DNA of 64,000 nucleotides from Azolla caroliniana (taxonomy: Eukaryota > Plantae > Polypodiophyta), in contig JBHGNT010000012.1 in the NCBI GenBank assembly GCA_043228905.1, positions 16,740,001 through 16,804,000 of the forward strand. The letters are read 5' to 3'. Shown piece by piece: positions 37,701 to 48,900 of this stretch. Position numbers and translations under genes: made by a program. The notes beneath the pieces were generated by a model. The model worked only from the letters and a program-made list of their open reading frames with translations, did not search any database and had not been told where the DNA came from. Position 1 is the stretch's first letter; the number at the start of each line of letters is the position of its first letter.

Positions 37701-39886
37701 CAAAATCCCTTGGGTAATTTCGCATGCGCCAGCATACTCCGGACCCTCTCCATTATGGTCCGGTTCATCCTCTCGGCCAGCCCGTTCAGTTCCGGCGTCT
37801 TCGGCACAGTAAACTCGAGCCGGATTCCCTTCGAGCGACAGTACTCCTGGAACTGCCCCCGGTATTCCCCTCCGTTATCCGCTCGTATCGCTTTCAGCTT
37901 CTTGCCGGATTCCCTTTCCACTCTCGCGTGAAGTTCTTTGAAGACGCACAACACTTGGTCCTTTGTCTTCAACGGTGCCGTCCACAGCTTCCGGCTGTGG
38001 TCATCAATGAATGTCACGAAGTACTGGGCTCCGCCATGTGACTTCATCTCTACTTGACACACGTCAGTGTGCACCAGCTCCAATGGTGCGCTACGTCTCG
38101 TTGGTGGCCTTGAGTGGAAGGAGGTCCGGTTTTGCTTACCGGCCAGACAGTCGGTACACTTCCCCAGGTGTACGTGCTTTACCGGTATCAGGTTGTCATC
38201 GGCAAGCCTCTTCATCCCCTTCTCACTCATGTGGCACAGTCTCTTGTGCCACAGCTCACCGGCAGTGTCGGCTGCCACGTTCAGCTCTTCCGGACATAGC
38301 CGGGAATTCATCAGGTACAGTGTATTGACCTTCCGGGCCCGAGCCACTATCAGGCTCCCTTTGCTGAACTTCATGACACCGTTCCGGATGCTACCCGTGT
38401 AGCCTTCATCATCTAGCCTCCCGATCGAGATCAGGTTCAATCGGACCTCCGGAACGTGTCGAACATCCTTCAGCAGCATCTTGCATCCGGTTGATGTCAT
38501 CAGCCACACGTCTCCTATGCCGGCAATCCGGCATGTGCCTTCATTTCCCATCCGGACACAGCCGTGCTCACCGGCTGTGTAGGATGAGAAGTATTTCTTC
38601 TCCGGGGTCAGGTGGAACGACGCTCCGGAGTCGACCACCCAGGTCATCTCTACACCGGCAAGGTTCAGCTCCTTCTCTTCGATAATGAGCATTATCTCTT
38701 CTTCACTTGCCGCGAGTGCCGTCGTTCCTTTCCGGTCCTGCCCTCGCCGATCCGGACATCTCCGGTCCGTGGCTCCCCGGTATGCACCGTTTCTCTCCGG
38801 TGACTTCTTCGAATCGGTGTCGTCGGCTCCGTTGTCCTTTCGGTAATGCCGACAATTCTTCCGGAAGTGCCCCGGCTTCCCACAGTGGAAGCATGTGGGC
38901 CTTCCTCTTGACTGCGACCGGGTCCCCGACTTCTCCCGTCTTTGCGGACTCCGGTTCCATTGTCTTCCCCGATCCGATTCGATAAGCAGCGCCTTCGAGT
39001 CGGAGGCCGGTTCTTTATCTCTCCGACGCGCTTCTTCGTTCAAAATACTTGTCTTTACCGTTTGTAGGGACAAGTTGTCTTCCGTGCAGGAGGTGCTGAG
39101 AGTCACCACCAAGTTCTCCCAGCTTTCCGGTAATGTACACATCAGAATGATGGCTTGCATTGCATCCTCCAACGGGAACTTGATCGCCGCAAGCTGGTTC
39201 ACGAATCCCATGAACGTGCTCACGTGTTCAACCATATTCTCGCCGTCCCGGTACTTGAGGTTCACTATCTTCCTCATCAGGGAGGTCCGGTTCAACGCAT
39301 TCTTCCTCTCGTAGAGGCCCGACAGCTTCTTCCACATCTCATATGTGTTGGTGTCATTCGCCACATGTTGTAGAACGCTTACATCGACATATTGCCGGAT
39401 CGTCGCTACGGCTTTCCGGTTCAGGAGCTTCCACTCCGACTCTATTACCCCCTTGGGTATCTCGGCATTGTCGATCGGTTCATACAGGTCTCGGACGATG
39501 AGAAGGTCTTCCATCTTTATCTTCCAGTCGGCGTAGTTCTGTGATTTTAGCACCATCATGCCCGGAGGCCCACTACCGCCGCCTTCCATTTTCTGTGTTA
39601 ACCGTGCTCTGATACCACTTTGTTGTAAAACAGTGCTCAGCCACCACCGAGGAATAGGATAAATTCACAGAAAACAGGAAATACAAAATGCACGAAGTAC
39701 AATAGAGAGAAGAGTACACGGGATGTTTTACGTGGAAAACCCTAACTGGGGAAAAACCACGGGAGTCGTCAAACTCCAACTATCACTATAGACAGAGATG
39801 TACAATGGTGAAGCTACAAGGCAACAACCTTGAGCTCACTGTCTTCGCCACAGGCGGCGGCAGTACACAGAGGCAACGACCTCTTC

Positions 39887-39919
<33 letters not shown>

Positions 39920-40326
39920 CTACTCACTTTTCTCTCTCTCTCTCAAAATGAGCAAAAAAAAAAAAAAACCTTTAAACTGTTTGCCCTAAGTCATATTTAT
40001 ACACATATGACTTTCGGGCTATTTACAAATATAGCCTCAAGGGCTCTTAGCAAACATATTCACAAATATGTCCCCGCATCCGGATCTCTCTCCGGGTACA
40101 TTCGTCATCTGGCTCCGTAGCCGGGGTCTTCATCATCCGGATCCGTATCCGGGTACTCTTCATCCGGCTTCATGCCGGGTACTCTTCATCATCCGGATCC
40201 GCATCCGGGTACACTTCATCCGGCTTCATGCCGGGTACTCTTCATCATCCGGTTCCGTAACCGCAACCGGGCTTGCCGTCATTTATCTCCGGGGACATCC
40301 CATCCGGAGGGACCGAAATCCCAACA
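34776..40326 (-). mobile_element. Copia G: Tnt1/Tork-like, full length
   Basis: LTRs 34776-35505 and 39621-40326; perfect TSD GGAAG; iMet PBS at 39617-39606; PPT GAAGGGGGAG at ~35517-35508. Confidence 0.95.
35516..39589 (-). pseudogene. Copia G gag-pol with a single CGA>TGA stop at 37469-37471
   Basis: ORFs 37469-39589 and 35516-37438 are in the same frame; the homologous codon in L is CGA (EFGYRVWDP). Confidence 0.93.
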
Positions 40327-40351
40327 GGAAGGAGATGAAATCGGTTCAAAC

Positions 40352-40770
40352 TGTTAGGAACAGTACTAAGACAGAGAAGTACTCTCAGGAATAGTACTAA
40401 GACAGAGAAGGAATTAGTACTAAAAGATGAGGATTAATACTAAGGGAGGTGTAGAGAGAGAGAGAGAATGATGATAACAAAATATATATATTATGTTAAG
40501 AGAATATACAATGGTAGCTAGGAGGCTTAAGACTGGTGTTGAACCGATTTGGTTCGAAATAATGCCTTGTGCCTCCTTTTATAGTGTTCTCAAGAGTACT
40601 CCTGCAGTTTCTAGAATGTTCTAGAGAAATCTGGAATATACATCAATTTTCTATAGTAAAACTTAAATGAAAATAATACCCTTCGTATTACAATATATAG
40701 TCTAATGGTCAAGAACTCGACCCATGTAACAGAAGGTCATGGGTTCGAGTCTTTCCATAATATCATGACA
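40352..40770 (-). repeat. 5' LTR of gypsy A
   Basis: TGTCATGATA...CCTAACA in element orientation; TATAAAAG at 40583-40576; adjacent self-priming PBS at 40349-40338. The outer boundary cannot be confirmed by a partner LTR. Confidence 0.65.
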
Positions 40771-43700
40771 ATACAAATGAAAACTGGGCTCTCCCCCACT
40801 AGCGATGAAGACTAAGACTCCAACAACTATATGTGAGTCAAGTTTCTTGCTTAAATGTGGCCAAATATGGATAGGATGTCGGATCAGATGAGTTAGATGA
40901 AGGAACCGAATCAAGTGAATCTGGATGTCGGATTGGATAGGATATGTGAGTCAAGTTTCTTGCTTAAACGTGGCCAAATATGGATAGGATGTCGAATCAG
41001 ATGAGTTAGATGAGTTAGATGAAGGAACCGAATCGAGTGAATCCAAGGACATATGTGTAAATATGTTTCATGGTGAGCCTATTGAGGCTATATTTGTAAA
41101 TATCCCAAATTTCATATAAGTATAAATATGACTTAGGGCAATTACTTTAGCATATGGTGTAGTAGTTGTTGCTAGTTGTATCATCGTTGTACAGAGAGAG
41201 AGAGAGAATACAGAACTAGTTTTCTGTTGTAACCACCGGTTGACGAAGACATAGAGCTCGAGGTCGTTGCCTCTGAGTCTCTCATTGTATTCTTTTGTTT
41301 CCTATAGTGATAGTTCGAGCTTGTGGGCTCTCGTGGTTTTTTCCATTAGGGTTTTCCACATAAACATCCTGTGTCATCTGATTTCAGTTTGTTCTCTTCC
41401 ATTCGTTGTTTAAGTCTCGGTTGTGGCCGAGCGATATTTTCGCACAAACTAGTATCACAGCGTACAGGAAAATGGAAGAGTCATTCGGAAGCATGTTCAA
41501 GCTCACGGGCACCAACTACTCAGAGTGGAAGTCGAAAATGAGGGACATGCTCGTGGTCAAAGATCTCTGGCTGCCGGTATAGTTCGGGGACAACAAACCG
41601 AACAAGATCGATGCCACGACATGTGAGGTGATGTGAGGTGATGCACATGAAGACGACGACATAAATCAGATGCTTCATTGACATGAGCCTGTACAACAAC
41701 TTCAATGAAGAAAGAAAGGCCCATGAACTCTAGGAGAAGATAGGCATCATGTTCCAAAACAAGAATATCGTGAATCGGGTTTCGGTATTCCAGAAGTTAG
41801 TGAGACTCTGATACCAGGACGACTCCAGTATGGCGGAGCACATGAATGCCTTCCAAGGGCTCATAAACCAAGACACCTCATTGGAAGTACCTCTGGATGA
41901 TGACGTACTTGTGTTGCTATTGCTTGGTTCCCTCCCGGATAGCTGGGAAACACTAGTTGTCACTTTGGGCAATGCCGAACCGGAAGGAAAGCAAATATCC
42001 CTAGCAAGAGTGAAGTCAATCTTGCTAGATAAAGAGGCGCGTTGGAAAGACAAGGAAGTGATCTCCAACTCAAAAGCCCTGATTTCTGAATCCGACACCC
42101 AACGAGGGAGAAACCGGAATTGGAGTCCCCGGAACCGGGAAAAGTCGGGGACAAGGTCGAAGTCAAGCGGGAGGCCTACTTGCTCCTATTGTGAGAAACC
42201 AGGGCACTTCTAGAAGAACTGTCAGCATTTCCGGAAAGAGAAAGGAACCGACAGTGCCGATTCGAAGAAGAGTTCAAACCGAAATGGTTCGGATCGGAAG
42301 GGAACATCGGCAATCGCGACAAGTAAACAAGAACTGTTGCTCATCACCGAGGAGAATGAGTTAAAGCTTGTCGGCAATGAGACAACGTGGATTGTCGATT
42401 CCGTAGCGTTGTTCCACTTGACACCGGACTGGAGATGCTTCTCATCCTACACAGTCGGAGATCATAGTTGTGTTTGGATGGGGAATGAAGGTACCTACTG
42501 AATCATCGGCATAGGAGATGTGTTGTTGATGACATCAACCGGATGCAAGTGGTTGCTGAAAGATGTCTGATACGTTCTGGTGGTTTGGTTGAACCTGATA
42601 TCAGCCGGTCGGCTAGATGATGAAGGCTACACGGGTAGCATCCGAAACGGAGTCATGAAGTTCAGCAAGGGAAGCTTTATTGTGGCCCGAGCCCAGAAGA
42701 TCAACACATTGTACCTGATGCATGCCCGGATATGCCGGGAAGAAGTGAACGTAGCATCCGACATTGTTGGTGAGTTGTGGCACAAGAGATTGTGCCATAT
42801 GAGCCAGAAGGGGATGTGAAGACTTGCCGAAGATAACCTCATTCCGGAGGTGAAAGACGTGCATCTTGATAAGTGCATCGATTGCTTGGCCTACAAGCAA
42901 AACCGAACCTCTTTCTGGTCAAGGCCACCGATGAGACGGAATGCACCGCTGGAGCTGGTGCATATCGATGTGTGTCAAGTGGGCACAAAGTCACATGCCG
43001 GATCACAGTACTTCGTGATGTTCGTAGATGACCACAGCCGGAAGTTGTGGGTCTCACCGTTGAAGACGAAGGATCAGGTGTTGTGTTAACCGTTCTGCCA
43101 GAAACACCTTCGATATACCTACAAGCTATCGGTATCAAGGGAAGTGTAATCGTCAAGACTTGTGCACGGGGGTGTCGTTAAGGGAAGAACACAGAGAGCA
43201 TACCCGGAATAGAGCCCGGGTCGTATACGTAGTTGAGACCTTAGAAATGACGACTCACAGATGAAAACAACAAGAGCTAATAGATATGTATTACTGCAAT
43301 AGTCAGTGATGTTTACAAAAAAAAACACGGCCCACAGCCGGTAGCCTTACAAAGCTCCTATATCTATGAAACGACCTCGCCTAGGCTCTGGATATCTCCC
43401 CCTGCCAAGGTATGCAGACCTCGGTTTATATACTTCTTTTCCTTCATACAGCGCCGAGCGGTCGGCTGACTGTGAGGCTCGAAACTCGGCGTTTTACCTA
43501 GCTCTCCCTTACCTACTCGCCTTACTTCTGGCGTATTACATTTAACTAATTTCTATTTTTGGCCTATGGACAACACCTGGCACGCCCGTGGGACAAGACT
43601 TTGTCCGTCGGACCCACGGTTCACAATGGATTTAACAAAACCACACGAATTACAAAAATTGCTCGTTCCTACGGTGCTTAGAGGTTGGTTTTATTCTTCT

Positions 43701-45911
43701 TCCAATATGGTGAGGATATCCTTGGGGGCGTGGAGTTGGGTTGGCTGCTCGGCCGATGGAGTTGGTGATGGAGGTGGTCTTGCCGGGTTGGGGATGGCGG
43801 TGTCGGCGTGTGTGCCCTCCTCTGTTGGGACCGATTCAGGCAGGGTCGGGGTTATAGTCTGTGGCTCCGGTGGGATGTGGACGTCGGTAGGAGCAGGTTC
43901 CTCCGGTCTAGCTGTCGTGGGGAGTGACTCGGTTCCTTGCTTGGTGTTTGTGGGAGCCCTGTGACTCCTGGTAGCAAGTCGTTCCTCCTCGTAGGCTTCG
44001 GCTTCTAGACGAAACACCATTAGATCGTCGTTGAATTCCTCCAAGAATTGCTCGATGGTCGAGGTGTGGGATGTTGCCAAGCTATGATATTCTTCCGTTA
44101 AGTCCTCACGGAGGGTCTGGATGCTAGTGTCATCCATCTTGTAAAACCCTCGGCCCTCCTTCTGTCGGTTCTTGGCATCCGTGCGTAGTATGTGTAGATC
44201 CGCGGCTTGGGCTGACCACTACTGCCAAACATGGTCAAGCATTTCTTTGATCTTCGTGGTGAATTGTTGGCGATACTTGTGGATTAGGGTCTTGATTTTG
44301 GTATCGTCCATGACGATGCTCGCGCGGTGAACTTCTAGTGACTCCCTTGCGGCCTTGGCTTCTGCTTGGCTTTTGCGGGTGAAGAATGCTAACATAGCTT
44401 GATTATCTTTTGCTTTTTCCGTGATGAGCGCAATGGTCTGCTCATAACGGTTGGTGAGCTGAGCTACAATTTCGTCCCTTTCCAGTTGCCAAGCGTCCCG
44501 GTGTTGTTCTTTGACGGCGATGTGCTCGGATTGCAACTGGTGATATGCATCAGAAATTTTCGTTCGTTGCTCCTCCAAGATCCCCCACTTCTGCATATGT
44601 TCGTTGGCCATGTCTTGGAAGGCTCGTTGATGACGGCGTAATTCCTAGTTGTCAGCGAAGAGCTCTTGTTCCCGTTGGCTATTCCGCTCGGTTTCTTTGA
44701 TGAATCGTTCCTTAGCCTCAGTGATCGAGACTTGGAGGGTCATCACCTCTTGTTCTCGTGCTTCAAGCGCGGCTGACCTTTCAACAAGCAATCGCTGGAG
44801 GTTCGCTTCACGGCTCGCGGCTTGTTCTCGTTGCTGGCCAAGAATGTTGTTGTGATTCTGTTCGGCTATCTTGGCCAGCGCGATCTGGGCCTGAAGCTCC
44901 TCCTGGTAGTCCCTAAGGGGAGGCCCTGTCTGGGTTGCCGCTTGCTGGATTTGGGCCGAGGACTCCCTGTCTGTCTGTGTCGCTCGTTCCATGACTTCCG
45001 AAGGTGGTGGCGTTTGCGTCGAGGCTTGGTTGGTTTGGGGGTGCAGGCTGATATCTACCCATGATGATGGCTCACTTGTCTATACCGAGTCTGTCATTGT
45101 GCTGGCCTCGGCCGTGGCTACCGTGGGGTGGGCGGTGTCATCTTTGTATGCTATGGTACCTTCAGCACTCGGGCTCGGGTTCGGAAGAGTGGCTAGTGAG
45201 ACAGCTTCACTCGGCGTAGGGAGGATTAAGGGTGGTTGTTGCTGCGTGAGTGTCGCCAGTTTCTCCTCGGCGGCTTGCCATAGGTCGGTGGCCCGTTTGG
45301 CTTGTTGATGCGCCGTTTTGATATGTCGGGCCATGTCCTTGGCTGCTTGAGTAGTGTGGTGTAGATTGCGATATGCCTCGACTAAGGCCATGTTCAGATC
45401 CGGTAGTTCCATGAGAAGCGAAGCATTCTGTACTTGCTTCTTCCGTCCTATCTTTTGTAAGGCTCGATCCTCGTGAGGTTCGATTTCACCCATTAGCGCG
45501 CGTTGGATCATCTTTGTTTCGGCATGCTCCTTGGCCATACGAGTGGCGGCAGCTACTTGGGCGCGCACGAGGAAATCCATTAACTCGTAAGTTGTGCCCA
45601 GTCGAAGTAGGGCACTGAACTCGTATGCCTCCGCGGGGAGATCTTTGTACCCGAGGACTTCCTCCTCTAATATCTGCGTGGTTTGGCCATGCCCAATCGT
45701 TCCGACTTGGAGCCATGACTCCGTTGGTACTATGTCCGTGGAGGGGGGCTAGCCTCTTTTGATTTCTGCCGTTGGTCTCCTTCGGTTTCTGTGGTTGCCT
45801 CTTGAATGATACAACGTCTTTTTGGCAGTTGGTCCTGCGCGTCCGGGGCCAGTGGTGTTGGCTCCTCGGCCTGTTTCCTCTTCTTCTGCTAGATGGGTTT
45901 AGGGTTTAGGG

Positions 45912-48900
45912 TTACGGTCCCTTCGGATGGTATGGTCGGATGTCGGAGCTGAATGCCGACGAGCCCGGTTTCGGTTTCGGAACCGGATGATGAAGACCCC
46001 GGCTTCGGAGCCGGATGACGAATGTACCCGGAGAGCGATCCGGATTCAGGGACATATCCGCGAATATGTTTGCTATGGGCCCCTGAGGCTATAGTTGTAA
46101 ATAGCCCCAAAGTCATATATGTATAAATATGACTTAGGGCAAACTGTTTTATTGTTGTTGCTTATTTTTCTGTTTTTCCACTCAAGAGGAGTGAAGAGAG
46201 AGCAGCCGTGAGAGAGAGAGAGAGATAGAGCGCGAGAGAGGAAGAGGACGACGCCTCTGTGTATTTCCGCCGCCTGTGGCGAGGACAGCGAGCTCAAGGT
46301 CGTTGCCTTGCAGCTCGCCATTGTATACTTCTCTTTGTATAGCTTTGGTTTGGAGTCTTGTACTCCCGTGGTTTTTTCCCGTCTAGGGTTTTCCACGTTA
46401 ATCCCTGTGCATTCATGTTCTTTCTCTGTGGTTCCTATTTTCTGCTGCATTGATTCGTGCTTACTCGGTTGTGGCCGAGTGGTGAAGGTGAATCGAAGCG
46501 TCGATTCCTTACAAACTGGTATCAGAGCGAGTTGCTGCAGAAAATGGAAGGCGGCGGCAGCGGGCAGCCGGGGATGATGGTGCTGACTGCGCAGAATTAC
46601 GCCGACTGGAAGATCAAGATGGAGGATCTTCTGATTGTTCGGGACCTGTACGAACCGATTGACAGGTCGGAAATACCGAAAGGGGTACTTGAGTCGGAAT
46701 GGAGGCTTCTGAACCGGAAAGCCGTTGCAACCATTCGGCAATACGTCGACGTGAGCGTTCTACAACATGTGGCGAACGACACCAACGCATATGAGATGTG
46801 GCGGAAGCTGTCGGGTCTCTACGAGAGGAAAAATGCGTTGAACCGGACCTCCCTGATGAGGAAGATAGTGAATCTCAAGTACCGGGACGGCGAGAGTATG
46901 GTGGAACACGTAAGCACGTTCATGGGATTCGTGAATCAGCTTGCGGCGATCAAGTTCCCGTTGGAGGATGCAATGCAAGCCATCATCCTGATGTGTACAT
47001 TGCCGGAAAGCTGGGAGAACTTGGTGGTGACTCTCAGCACCTCCTGCATAGAAGATAACTTGTCCTTACAAACGGTAAAGACAAGTATTTTGAACGAAGA
47101 AGCGCGTCGGAGAGATAAAGAACCGGCCTCCGACTCGAAGGCGCTGCTCACCGAATCGGATCGGGGAAGACAATGGAACCGGAGTCCGCAAAGACGGGAG
47201 AAGTCGGGGACCCGGTCGCAGTCAAGAGGAAGGCCCACATGCTTCCACTGTGGGAAGCCGGGGCATTTCCGAAAGAATTGTCGGCATTACCGAAAAGACA
47301 ACGGAGCCGACGACACCGATTCGAAGAAGTCACCGGAGAGAATCGGTGCATACCGGGGAGCCATGGACCGGAGAGGTTCGGATCGGCGAGGGCAGGACCG
47401 GAAAGGAACAACGGCACTTGCGGCAAGTGAGGAAGAAATCATGCTCATCACCGAAGAAGGTGAACTAAACATTGCCGGCGATGAGACGACCTGGGTGGTC
47501 GATTCCGGAGCATCGTTTCACCTGACCCCGGAGAGAAGATACTTCTCATCCTACACAGCCGGTGAGCATGGCTGTGTTCGAATGGGAAATGAAGGTACGT
47601 GCCGGATTGCCGGCATCGGAGACGTGTGGTTGACAACCCCGACCGGATGCAAAATGCTGCTGAAGGATGTCCGACATGTTCCGGAGGTTCGATTGAACCT
47701 GATTTCGGCCGGGAGGCTAGACGATGAAGGCTACACAGGTAGCATCCGGAACGGCGTAATGAAGTTCAGCAAGGGGAGCCTGATAGTGGCTCGGGCCCGG
47801 AAAGACAACACACTGTACCTGATGAATGCCCGGTTATGTCCGGAAGAGCTGAATGTAGCAGCCGACACTGCCGGTGAGCTGTGGCACAAAAGACTGTGCC
47901 ACATGAGCGAGAAGGGGATGAAGAGGCTTGCAGAAGACAACCTCATTCCAGTGAAGCATGTGCACCTGGAGAAGTGCACCGATTGCCTGGCCGGTAAGCA
48001 GAACCGAGCCTCCTTCCACTCAAGGCCACCGACGAGACGTGGCGCACCATTGGAGTTGGTGCACACTGATGTGTGTCAGGTAGAAACGAAGTCACATGGC
48101 GGAGCCCAGTACTTCGTAACATTCATTGATGATCACAGCCGGAAGCTGTGGACGGCACCGTTGAAGACAAAGGACCAAGTGTTGTGCGTCTTCAAAGAAC
48201 TCCACGCGAGAGTGGAAAGGGAATCCGGCAAGAAGCTGAAAGCGATACGAGCGGATAACGGAGGGGAATACCGGGGGCAGTTCCAGGAGTACTGTCGCTC
48301 GAAGGGAATCCGACTCGAGTTTACTGTGCCGAAGACGCCGGAACTGAACGGGCTGGCCGAGAGGATGAACCGGACCATAATGGAGAGGGTCCGGAGTATG
48401 CTGGCACATGCGAAATTACCCAAGGGGTTTTGGGCTGAGGCAATGTCGACGGCGACATACGTGATAAACAGATCACCCTCAGTACCTTTGGACGGAGACA
48501 CGCCGCAAAAAGTGTGGACCGGTAAGGAAGTGTCCTACCGGCATCTGAAGGTGTTCGGGTGTCTCGCATACGTGCATGTGGCAAAGGACCGGAGAGGAAA
48601 GCTAGATCCAAAGACCCGGCCATGCATATTCCTCGGTTACGGCGACGACGAGTTCGGCTACCGAGTATGGGACCCGGTCGACAAGAAGATATTCAGGAGT
48701 CGAGACATCATTTTCATGGAGGACAAGACACTCGCCGACTGGGAGTCGGAGAAGAAGATGAAGAGCTCCAAGTCGACCGGTGAGGATCAACTCCACGAGG
48801 AGCAGTCCCGACCGGCAAGGGACCGGTTAGCACTCGAGGATCCGGCCGAAGACGGTGAAGAAACAGAACCGGCCGAAGAAGATGAAAACGATACCGGAAC

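Larger units (their letters stand above)
8495..40770 (-). mobile_element. Gypsy A: Tcn1/Tf1-sushi-like element, decayed, 3' end deleted; host of B, D, F and G
   Basis: Pieces reassemble in order. gag (KEPKIDL..KFDGTRSQFRGFLNQV) at 33754-34330 and 27533-27676; CCHC at ~16550-16585; protease (ALLDSRANSCF) and RT (YLDD)/RH/IN at 13680-16334; IN C-terminus at 8495-8901; one LTR at 40352-40770. Confidence 0.85.

Noticed and set aside
45846-45850. GGGCC as the left TSD of copia L
   Set aside because: It lies 60 bp from the LTR inside a continuous native reading frame of element I (QKKRKQAEEPTPLAPD); chance match.
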